Of a stretch of 64,000 bases of DNA, positions 52,919 to 64,000 are shown in pieces. How positions within the stretch are numbered: the stretch's first letter is position 1; each line of letters begins with the position of its first letter. The notes under the pieces were generated by a model. It was not told where the DNA came from and made no database searches. It was given only the letters and a program-made list of their open reading frames with translations. The DNA lies in NCBI GenBank assembly GCA_964057225.1, contig OZ059900.1, positions 16,864,001-16,928,000 on the forward strand, written 5' to 3'. Source of the DNA: Auanema rhodensis. Taxonomy: Eukaryota > Animalia > Nematoda. A program made the translations under genes and the position numbers.

Positions 52919-55900
52919 TTCATGAAGCTTGATATGATTGAGTAAGCTAAGTCGTATTGTAATAAAGCTGTCATTCAAATATTTGCGTATCGCGTACTGC
53001 CTGTTTCCAGTTATATTATCAGTGCAGGCACTAAAAATTTTTCATAATCAAGGAATCACGTTCTAAATATTATAACTCGCGTACAGAAAAGTTAATTAAA
53101 AACAGAAACGAAACTATTATTGCTATTATCTATTACACAAACAGTCCGTGTTCATGAAGATTGGTATGATTGAGTAAACTAAGTCGTATTGTAATAAAGC
53201 TGTCATTCAAATGTTTGCGTATTGCCTGTTGCCAGTTATATTATCAGTGCAGGCTCTAAACATTTTTCATTATGAAGCAATCGCGTTCTAAATATTATAA
53301 CTCGCGTACTGGAAAGTTAATTAAAAAAAGAAACGAAACTATCATTGCTATCATCTATTGCACAAACAGTCCCTGTTCATGAAGCTTGATATGATTGAGT
53401 AAGCTAAGTCGTATTGTACTAAAGCTGTCATTCAAATATTTGCGTATCGCGTACTGCCTGTTTCCAGTTATATTATCAGTGCAGGCTCTAAAAATTTTTT
53501 CATAATCAAGGAATCACGTTCTAAATATTATAACTCGCGTACAGGAAAGTTAATTAAAAACAGAAACGAAACTATTATTGCTATTATCTATTACACAAAC
53601 AGTCCGTGTTCATGAAGATTGGTATGATTGAGTAAACTAAGTCGTATTGTAATAAAGCTGTCATTCAAATGTTTGCGTATTGCGTACTGCCTGTTTCCAA
53701 TTATATTATCAGTGCAGGCTCTGAAAGTTTTTCATAATCAAGGAATCACGTTCTAAATATTATAACTCGCGTACAGGAAAGTTAATTAAAAACAGAAACG
53801 AAACTATTATTGCTATTATATATTACACAAGCAGTCCGTGTTCATGAAGCTTGATATAATTGAGTAAACTAAGTCGTATTGTAATAAAGCTGTCATTCAA
53901 ATGTTTGCGTATTGCGTACTGCCTGTTTCCAATTATATTATCAGTGCAGGCTCTGAAAGTTTTTCATAATCAAGGAATCACGTTCTAAATATTATAACTC
54001 GCGTACAGGAAAGTTAATTAAAAACAGAAACGAAACTATTATTGCTATTATATATTACACAAGCAGTCCGTGTTCATGAAGCTTGATATAATTGAGTAAA
54101 CTAAGTCGTATTGTAATAAAGCTGTCATTCAAATATTTGCGTATCGCGTACTGCCTGTTTCCAGTTATATTATCAGTGCAGGCTCTAAAAATTTTTCATA
54201 ATCAAGGAATCACGTTCTAAATATTATAACTCGCGTACAGGAAAGTTAATTAAAAACAGAAACGAAACTATTATTGCTATTATATATTACACAAGCAGTC
54301 CGTGTTCATGAAGCTTGATATAATTGAGTAAACTAAGTCGTATTGTAATAAAGCTGTCATTCAAATGTTTGCGTATTGCGTACTGCCTGTTTCCAATTAT
54401 ATTATCAGTGCAGGCTCTGAAAGTTTTTCATAATCAAGGAATCACGTTCTAAATATTATAACTCGCGTACAGGAAAGTTAATTAAAAACAGAAACGAAAC
54501 TATTATTGCTATTATATATTACACAAGCAGTCCGTGTTCATGAAGCTTGATATAATTGAGTAAACTAAGTCGTATTGTAATAAAGCTGTCATTCAAATAT
54601 TTGCGTATCGCGTACTGCCTGTTTCCAGTTATATTATCAGTGCAGGCTCTAAAAATTTTTCATAATCAAGGAATCACGTTCTAAATATTATAACTCGCGT
54701 ACAGGAAAGTTAATTAAAAACAGAAACGAAACTATTATTGCTATTATCTATTACACAAACAGTCCGTGTTCATGAAGATTGGTATGATTGAGTAAACTAA
54801 GTCGTATTGTAATAAAGCTGTCATTCAAATGTTTGCGTATTGCCTGTTGCCAGTTATATTATCAGTGCAGGCTCTAAACATTTTTCATTATGAAGCAATC
54901 GCGTTCTAAATATGATAACTCGCGTACTGGAAAGTTAATTAAAAAAAGAAACAAAACTATCATTGCTATCATCTATTACACAAACAGTCCCTGTTCATGA
55001 AGCTTGATATAATTGAGTAAACTAAGTCAACGAAGTCGTATTGTAATAAAGCTGTCATTCAAATATTTGCGTATTGCGTACTGCCTGTTTCCAATTATAT
55101 TATCAGTGCAGGCTCTGAAAGTTTTTATAATCAAGGAATCACGTTCTAAATATTATAACTCGCGTACAGGAAAGTTAATTAAAAACAGAAACGAAACTAT
55201 TATTGCTATTATCTATTACACAAACAGTCCGTGTTCATGAAGATTGGTATGATTGAGTAAACTAAGTCGTATTGTAATAAAGCTGTCATTCAAATGTTTG
55301 CGTATTGCGTACTGCCTGTTTCCAATTATATTATCAGTGCAGGCTCTGAAAGTTTTTCATTATCAAGGAATCGCGTTCTAAATATTATAACTCGCGTACT
55401 GGAAAGTTAATTAAAAAAAGAAACGAAACTATCCTTGCTATCATCTATTGCACAAGCAGTCCGTGTTCATGAAGCTTGATATAATTGAGTAAACTAAGTC
55501 GTATTGTAATAAAGCTGTCATTCAAATATTTGCGTATCGCGTACTGCCTGTTTCCAGTTATATTATCAGTGCAGGCTCTAAAAATTTTTCATAATCAAGG
55601 AATCACGTTCTAAATATTATAACTCGCGTACTGGAAAGTTAATTAAAAAAAGAAACGAAACTATCCTTGCTATCATCTATTGCACAAACAGTCCGTGTTC
55701 ATGAAGCTTGATATAATTGAGTAAACTAAGTCGTATTGTAATAAAGCTGTCATTCAAATGTTTGCGTATTGCCTGTTTCCAATTATATTATCAGTGCAGG
55801 CTCTGAAAGTTTTTCATAATCAAGGAATCACGTTCTAAATATTATAACTCGCGTACTGGAAAGTTAATTAAAAAAAGAAACGAAACTATCATTGCTATCA

Positions 55901-56173
55901 TCTATTACACAAGCAGTCCGTGTTCATGAAGCTTGATATAATTGAGTAAGCTAAGTCGTATTGTATTAAAGCTGTCATTCAAATATTTGCGTATCGCGTA
56001 CTGCCTGTTTCCAGTTATATTATCAGTGCAGGCTCTAAAAATTTTTCATAATCAAGGAATCACGTTCTAAATATTATAACTCGCGTACAGGAAAGTTAAT
56101 TAAAAACAGAAACGAAACTATTATTGCTATTATATATTACACAAGCAGTCCGTGTTCATGAAGCTTGATATAA

Positions 56174-59100
56174 TTGAGTAAACTAAGTCGTATTGTAATA
56201 AAGCTGTCATTCAAATATTTGCGTATCGCGTACTGCCTGTTTCCAGTTATATTATCAGTGCAGGCTCTAAACATTTTTCATTATGAAGCAATCGCGTTCT
56301 AAATATGATAACTCGCGTACTGGAAAGTTAATTAAAAAAAGAAACGAAACTATCATTGCTATCATCTATTACACAAGCAGTCCCTGTTCATGAAGCTTGA
56401 TATGATTGAGTAAACTAAGTCGTATTGTAATAAAGCTGTCATTCAAATGTTTGCGTATTGCCTGTTGCCAGTTATATTATCAGTGCAGGCTCTAAACATT
56501 TTTCATTATGAAGCAGTCGCGTTCTAAATATGATAACTCGCGTACTGGAAAGTTAATTAAAAAAAGAAACGAAACTATCATTGCTATCATCTATTACACA
56601 AACAGTCCCTGTTCATGAAGCTTGATATGATTGAGTAAGCTAAGTCGTATTGTATTAAAGCTGTCATTCAAATATTTGCGTATCGCGTACTGCCTGTTTC
56701 CAGTTATATTATCAGTGCAGGCTCTAAAAATTTTTTCATAATCAAGGAATCACGTTCTAAATATTATAACTCGCGTACAGGAAAGTTAATTAAAAACAGA
56801 AACGAAACTATTATTGCTATTATCTATTACACAAACAGTCCGTGTTCATGAAGATTGGTATGATTGAGTAAACTAAGTCGTATTGTAATAAAGCTGTCAT
56901 TCAAATGTTTGCGTATTGCCTGTTGCCAGTTATATTATCAGTGCAGGCTCTAAACATTTTTCATTATGAAGCAATCGCGTTCTAAATATGATAACTCGCG
57001 TACTGGAAAGTTAATTAAAAAAAGAAACGAAACTATCATTGCTATCATCTATTACACAAACAGTCCCTGTTCATGAAGCTTGATATAATTGAGTAAACAA
57101 AGTCGTATTGTAATAAAGCTGTCATTCAAATGTTTGCGTATTGCGTACTGCCTGTTTCCAATTACATTATCAGTGCAGGCTCTGAAAGTTTTTCATAATC
57201 AAGGAATCACGTTCTAAATATTATAACTCGCGTACAGGAAAGTTAATTAAAAACAGAAACGAAACTATTATTGCTATTATATATTACACAAGCAGTCCGT
57301 GTTCATGAAGCTTGATATAATTGAGTAAACTAAGTCGTATTGTAATAAAGCTGTCATTCAAATATTTGCGTATCGCGTACTGCCTGTTTCCAGTTATATT
57401 ATCAGTGCAGGCTCTAAACATTTTTCATTATGAAGCAATCGCGTTCTAAATATGATAACTCGCGTACTGGAAAGTTAATTAAAAAAAGAAACGAAACTAT
57501 CATTGCTATCATCTATTACACAAGCAGTCCCTGTTCATGAAGCTTGATATGATTGAGTAAACTAAGTCGTATTGTAATAAAGCTGTCATTCAAATGTTTG
57601 CGTATTGCCTGTTGCCAGTTATATTATCAGTGCAGGCTCTAAACATTTTTCATTATGAAGCAGTCGCGTTCTAAATATGATAACTCGCGTACTGGAAAGT
57701 TAATTAAAAAAAGAAACGAAACTATCATTGCTATCATCTATTACACAAACAGTCCCTGTTCATGAAGCTTGATATGATTGAGTAAGCTAAGTCGTATTGT
57801 ATTAAAGCTGTCATTCAAATATTTGCGTATCGCGTACTGCCTGTTTCCAGTTATATTATCAGTGCAGGCTCTAAAAATTTTTTCATAATCAAGGAATCAC
57901 GTTCTAAATATTATAACTCGCGTACAGGAAAGTTAATTAAAAACAGAAACGAAACTATTATTGCTATTATCTATTACACAAACAGTCCGTGTTCATGAAG
58001 ATTGGTATGATTGAGTAAACTAAGTCGTATTGTAATAAAGCTGTCATTCAAATGTTTGCGTATTGCCTGTTGCCAGTTATATTATCAGTGCAGGCTCTAA
58101 ACATTTTTCATTATGAAGCAATCGCGTTCTAAATATGATAACTCGCGTACTGGAAAGTTAATTAAAAAAAGAAACGAAACTATCATTGCTATCATCTATT
58201 ACACAAACAGTCCCTGTTCATGAAGCTTGATATAATTGAGTAAACAAAGTCGTATTGTAATAAAGCTGTCATTCAAATGTTTGCGTATTGCGTACTGCCT
58301 GTTTCCAATTACATTATCAGTGCAGGCTCTGAAAGTTTTTCATAATCAAGGAATCACGTTCTAAATATTATAACTCGCGTACAGGAAAGTTAATTAAAAA
58401 CAGAAACGAAACTATTATTGCTATTATATATTACACAAGCAGTCCGTGTTCATGAAGCTTGATATAATTGAGTAAACTAAGTCGTATTGTAATAAAGCTG
58501 TCATTCAAATATTTGCGTATCGCGTACTGCCTGTTTCCAGTTATATTATCAGTGCAGGCTCTAAACATTTTTCATTATGAAGCAATCGCGTTCTAAATAT
58601 GATAACTCGCGTACTGGAAAGTTAATTAAAAAAAGAAACGAAACTATCATTGCTATCATCTATTACACAAGCAGTCCCTGTTCATGAAGCTTGATATGAT
58701 TGAGTAAACTAAGTCGTATTGTAATAAAGCTGTCATTCAAATGTTTGCGTATTGCCTGTTGCCAGTTATATTATCAGTGCAGGCTCTAAACATTTTTCAT
58801 TATGAAGCAGTCGCGTTCTAAATATGATAACTCGCGTACTGGAAAGTTAATTAAAAAAAGAAACGAAACTATCATTGCTATCATCTATTACACAAACAGT
58901 CCCTGTTCATGAAGCTTGATATGATTGAGTAAGCTAAGTCGTATTGTATTAAAGCTGTCATTCAAATATTTGCGTATCGCGTACTGCCTGTTTCCAGTTA
59001 TATTATCAGTGCAGGCTCTAAAAATTTTTTCATAATCAAGGAATCACGTTCTAAATATTATAACTCGCGTACAGGAAAGTTAATTAAAAACAGAAACGAA

Positions 59101-59614
59101 ACTATTATTGCTATTATCTATTACACAAACAGTCCGTGTTCATGAAGATTGGTATGATTGAGTAAACTAAGTCGTATTGTAATAAAGCTGTCATTCAAAT
59201 GTTTGCGTATTGCCTGTTGCCAGTTATATTATCAGTGCAGGCTCTAAACATTTTTCATTATGAAGCAATCGCGTTCTAAATATGATAACTCGCGTACTGG
59301 AAAGTTAATTAAAAAAAGAAACGAAACTATCATTGCTATCATCTATTACACAAACAGTCCCTGTTCATGAAGCTTGATATAATTGAGTAAACAAAGTCGT
59401 ATTGTAATAAAGCTGTCATTCAAATGTTTGCGTATTGCGTACTGCCTGTTTCCAATTACATTATCAGTGCAGGCTCTGAAAGTTTTTCATAATCAAGGAA
59501 TCACGTTCTAAATATTATAACTCGCGTACAGGAAAGTTAATTAAAAACAGAAACGAAACTATTATTGCTATTATATATTACACAAGCAGTCCGTGTTCAT
59601 GAAGCTTGATATAA
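56174..59614. repeat. Satellite B higher-order repeat, pentamer of 1147 bp (232+225+233+225+232) x3
   Basis: The private variants TAAACAAAGTCG and ATTACATTATC occur in the monomers at 57089, 58236 and 59383, and GAAGCAGTCGCG recurs with the same 1147-bp period. Units start at 56174, 57321 and 58468. Confidence 0.92.
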
Positions 59615-60541
59615 TTGAGTAAACTAAGTCGTATTGTAATAAAGCTGTCATTCAAATATTTGCGTATCGCGTACTGCCTGTTTCCAGTTATATTATCAGT
59701 GCAGGCTCTAAAAATTTTTCATAATCAAGGAATCACGTTCTAAATATTATAACTCGCGTACAGGAAAGTTAATTAAAAACAGAAACGAAACTATTATTGC
59801 TATTATCTATTACACAAACAGTCCGTGTTCATGAAGATTGGTATGATTGAGTAAACTAAGTCGTATTGTAATAAAGCTGTCATTCAAATGTTTGCGTATT
59901 GCGTACTGCCTGTTTCCAATTATATTATCAGTGCAGGCTCTGAAAGTTTTTATAATCAAGGAATCACGTTCTAAATATTATAACTCGCGTACAGGAAAGT
60001 TAATTAAAAACAGAAACGAAACTATTATTGCTATTATATATTACACAAGCAGTCCGTGTTCATGAAGCTTGATATAATTGAGTAAACTAAGTCGTATTGT
60101 AATAAAGCTGTCATTCAAATGTTTGCGTATTGCGTACTGCCTGTTTCCAATTATATTATCAGTGCAGGATCTGAAAGTTTTTCATAATCAAGGAATCACG
60201 TTCTAAATATTATAACTCGCGTACAGGAAAGTTAATTAAAAACAGAAACAAAACTATTATTGCTATTATCTATTACACAAACAGTCCGTGTTCATGAAGA
60301 TTGGTATGATTGAGTAAACTAAGTCGTATTGTAATAAAGCTGTCATTCAAATGTTTGCGTATTGCGTACTGCCTGTTTCCAATTATATTATCAGTGCAGG
60401 CTCTGAAAGTTTTTCATAATCAAGGAATCACGTTCTAAATATTATAACTCGCGTACAGGAAAGTTAATTAAAAACAGAAACGAAACTATTATTGCTATTA
60501 TCTATTACACAAGCAGTCCGTGTTCATGAAGCTTGATATAA

Positions 60542-63500
60542 TTGAGTAAACTAAGTCGTATTGTAATAAAGCTGTCATTCAAATGTTTGCGTATTGCGTA
60601 CTGCCTGTTTCCAATTATATTATCAGTGCAGGCTCTGAAAGTTTTTCATAATCAAGGAATCACGTTCTAAATATTATAACTCGCGTACAGGAAAGTTAAT
60701 TAAAAACAGAAACGAAACTATTATTGCTATTATATATTACACAAGCAGTCCGTGTTCATGAAGCTTGATATAATTGAGTAAACTAAGTCGTATTGTAATA
60801 AAGCTGTCATTCAAATGTTTGCGTATTGCGTACTGCCTGTTTCCAATTATATTATCAGTGCAGGCTCTGAAAGTTTTTCATAATCAAGGAATCACGTTCT
60901 AAATATTATAACTCGCGTACAGGAAAGTTAATTAAAAACAGAAACGAAACTATTATTGCTATTATATATTACACAAGCAGTCCGTGTTCATGAAGCTTGA
61001 TATAATTGAGTAAACTAAGTCGTATTGTAATAAAGCTGTCATTCAAATATTTGCGTATCGCGTACTGCCTGTTTCCAGTTATATTATCAGTGCAGGCTCT
61101 AAAAATTTTTCATAATCAAGGAATCACGTTCTAAATATTATAACTCGCGTACAGGAAAGTTAATTAAAAACAGAAACGAAACTATTATTGCTATTATCTA
61201 TTACACAAACAGTCCGTGTTCATGAAGATTGGTATGATTGAGTAAACTAAGTCGTATTGTAATAAAGCTGTCATTCAAATGTTTGCGTATTGCCTGTTGC
61301 CAGTTATATTATCAGTGCAGGCTCTAAACATTTTTCATTATGAAGCAATCGCGTTCTAAATATGATAACTCGCGTACTGGAAAGTTAATTAAAAAAAGAA
61401 ACAAAACTATCATTGCTATCATCTATTACACAAACAGTCCCTGTTCATGAAGCTTGATATAATTGAGTAAACTAAGTCAACGAAGTCGTATTGTAATAAA
61501 GCTGTCATTCAAATATTTGCGTATTGCGTACTGCCTGTTTCCAATTATATTATCAGTGCAGGCTCTGAAAGTTTTTATAATCAAGGAATCACGTTCTAAA
61601 TATTATAACTCGCGTACAGGAAAGTTAATTAAAAACAGAAACGAAACTATTATTGCTATTATCTATTACACAAACAGTCCGTGTTCATGAAGATTGGTAT
61701 GATTGAGTAAACTAAGTCGTATTGTAATAAAGCTGTCATTCAAATGTTTGCGTATTGCGTACTGCCTGTTTCCAATTATATTATCAGTGCAGGCTCTGAA
61801 AGTTTTTATAATCAAGGAATCACGTTCTAAATATTATAACTCGCGTACAGGAAAGTTAATTAAAAACAGAAACGAAACTATTATTGCTATTATCTATTAC
61901 ACAAACAGTCCCTGTTCATGAAGCTTGATATAATTGAGTAAACTAAGTCAACGAAGTCGTATTGTAATAAAGCTGTCATTCAAATATTTGCGTATTGCGT
62001 ACTGCCTGTTTCCAATTATATTATCAGTGCAGGCTCTGAAAGTTTTTATAATCAAGGAATCACGTTCTAAATATTATAACTCGCGTACAGGAAAGTTAAT
62101 TAAAAACAGAAACGAAACTATTATTGCTATTATCTATTACACAAACAGTCCGTGTTCATGAAGATTGGTATGATTGAGTAAACTAAGTCGTATTGTAATA
62201 AAGCTGTCATTCAAATGTTTGCGTATTGCGTACTGCCTGTTTCCAATTATATTATCAGTGCAGGCTCTGAAAGTTTTTATAATCAAGGAATCACGTTCTA
62301 AATATTATAACTCGCGTACAGGAAAGTTAATTAAAAACAGAAACGAAACTATTATTGCTATTATCTATTACACAAACAGTCCCTGTTCATGAAGCTTGAT
62401 ATAATTGAGTAAACTAAGTCAACGAAGTCGTATTGTAATAAAGCTGTCATTCAAATATTTGCGTATTGCGTACTGCCTGTTTCCAATTATATTATCAGTG
62501 CAGGCTCTGAAAGTTTTTATAATCAAGGAATCACGTTCTAAATATTATAACTCGCGTACAGGAAAGTTAATTAAAAACAGAAACGAAACTATTATTGCTA
62601 TTATCTATTACACAAACAGTCCGTGTTCATGAAGCTTGATATAATTGAGTAAACTAAGTCGTATTGTAATAAAGCTGTCATTCAAATGTTTGCGTATTGC
62701 CTGTTGCCAGTTATATTATCAGTGCAGGCTCTAAACATTTTTCATTATGAAGCAATCGCGTTCTAAATATGATAACTCGCGTACTGGAAAGTTAATTAAA
62801 AAAAGAAACAAAACTATCATTGCTATCATCTATTACACAAACAGTCCCTGTTCATGAAGCTTGATATGATTGAATAAGCTAAGTCGTATTGTAATAAAGC
62901 TGTCATTCAAATATTTGCGTATCGCGTACTGCCTGTTTCCAGATATATTATCAGTGCAGGCAATAAAAATTTTTCATAATCAAGGAATCACGTTCTAAAT
63001 ATTATAACTCGCGTACAGGAAAGTTAATTAAAAACAGAAACGAAACTATTATTGCTATTATCTATTACACAAACAGTCCGTGTTCATGAAGATTGGTATG
63101 ATTGAGTAAACTAAGTCGTATTGTAATAAAGCTGTCATTCAAATATTTGCGTATTGCGTACTGCCTGTTTCCAATTATATTATCAGTGCAGGCTCTAAAA
63201 GTTTTTATAATCAAGGAATCACGTTCTAAATATTATAACTCGCGTACAGGAAAGTTAATTAAAAACAGAAACGAAACTATTATTGCTATTATCTATTACA
63301 CAAACAGTCCGTGTTCATGAAGATTGGTATGATTGAGTAAACTAAGTCGTATTGTAATAAAGCTGTCATTCAAATGTTTGCGTATTGTGTACTGCCTGTT
63401 TCCAATTATATTATCAGTGCAGGCTCTGAAAGATTTTATAATCAAGGAATCACGTTCTAAATATTATAACTCGCGTACAGGAAAGTTAATTAAAAACAGA

Positions 63501-64000
63501 AACGAAACTATTATTGCTATCATCTATTGCACAAGCAGTCCGTGTTCATGAAGCTTGATATAATTGAGTAAACTAAGTCGTATTGTAATAAAGCTGTCAT
63601 TCAAATATTTGCGTATTGCGTACTGCCTGTTTCCAATTATATTATCAGTGCAGGCTCTGAAAGTTTTTATAATCAAGGAATCACGTTCTAAATATTATAA
63701 CTCGCGTACAGGAAAGTTAATTAAAAACAGAAACGAAACTATTATTGCTATTATCTATTACACAAACAGTCCGTGTTCATGAAGCTTGATATAATTGAGT
63801 AAACTAAGTCGTATTGTAATAAAGCTGTCATTCAAATGTTTGCGTATTGCCTGTTGCCAGTTATATTATCAGTGCAGGCTCTAAACATTTTTCATTATGA
63901 AGCAATCGCGTTCTAAATATGATAACTCGCGTACTGGAAAGTTAATTAAAAAAAGAAACAAAACTATCATTGCTATCATCTATTACACAAACAGTCCCTG
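60542..64000. repeat. Satellite B block duplicated from 49460..52918 (offset 11,082 bp), copy 2, truncated by the window end
   Basis: It has the same monomer order and private variants as 49460..52918, and the match continues to the last base of the window. Confidence 0.92.

Larger units (their letters stand above)
39022..64000. repeat. Satellite B: tandem array of a ~232-bp AT-rich monomer (~108 copies, length classes 225/231/232/233/240 bp; runs off the right edge)
   Basis: TTGAGTAA(A/G)CTAAGTC recurs at 39094, 39326, 39558, 39790, 40022, 40247, 40479, 40704 and onward to the window end. Spacing is 232 bp, or 225 (7-bp deletion), 233 (+T), 231 (-C), or 240 (-C plus a 9-bp duplication). Copy number is estimated from array length. 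Confidence 0.99.

Noticed and set aside
46675-63782. 21 near-identical 72/75-aa ORFs as a tandem gene family
   Set aside because: They are satellite monomers with a 1-bp deletion, start at TTG, are separated by only 12 bp when adjacent, and most monomers of the same array are frameshifted. They are not annotated as CDS.
1-64000. CRISPR array or other repeat-spacer system
   Set aside because: Monomers are repeated over their whole length with no unique spacers, and there are no cas or other genes in the window.
1-64000. Tandem 5S rRNA, tRNA, snRNA or spliced-leader gene arrays
   Set aside because: I could not recognise 5S sequence, a tRNA cloverleaf with convincing A/B boxes, or a known snRNA or SL sequence on either strand. 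The T-rich tract near 296-306 of A is not enough alone. An Infernal/Rfam scan of both consensus dimers would settle this.
1-64000. Transposon insertion, strand inversion or telomeric repeat within the arrays
   Set aside because: Monomer phase is continuous and in one orientation in each array. I found no terminal repeats, target-site duplications, coding remnants or short telomere-type repeats.

Overview
The whole 64 kb window is tandem satellite DNA, most likely eukaryotic and plausibly pericentromeric or centromeric heterochromatin, although that location is inference. It holds two apparently unrelated head-to-tail arrays that abut directly. Satellite A (1..39009) has a 342-bp monomer, about 34% GC by hand count of monomer 1, with 114 full monomers plus a 29-bp partial one. 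It is very homogeneous and shows local higher-order duplications (3-, 4-, 5-, 8- and 9-monomer offsets). Satellite B (39022..64000) has a monomer of about 232 bp, about 32% GC, in roughly 108 copies. It has discrete length classes (225/231/232/233/240 bp), a 1147-bp pentamer repeated three times and a duplication at an 11,082-bp offset. The arrays are joined by a 12-nt filler (39010..39021) that appears to be copied from both flanks. I find no supportable gene, RNA gene, transposon or CRISPR array, and the ORF track reflects chance open frames in repeat variants. I could not identify a new gene-based system. The notable biology is array architecture, the junction scar and monomer substructure. 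I cannot assign the organism or satellite family names from sequence alone.
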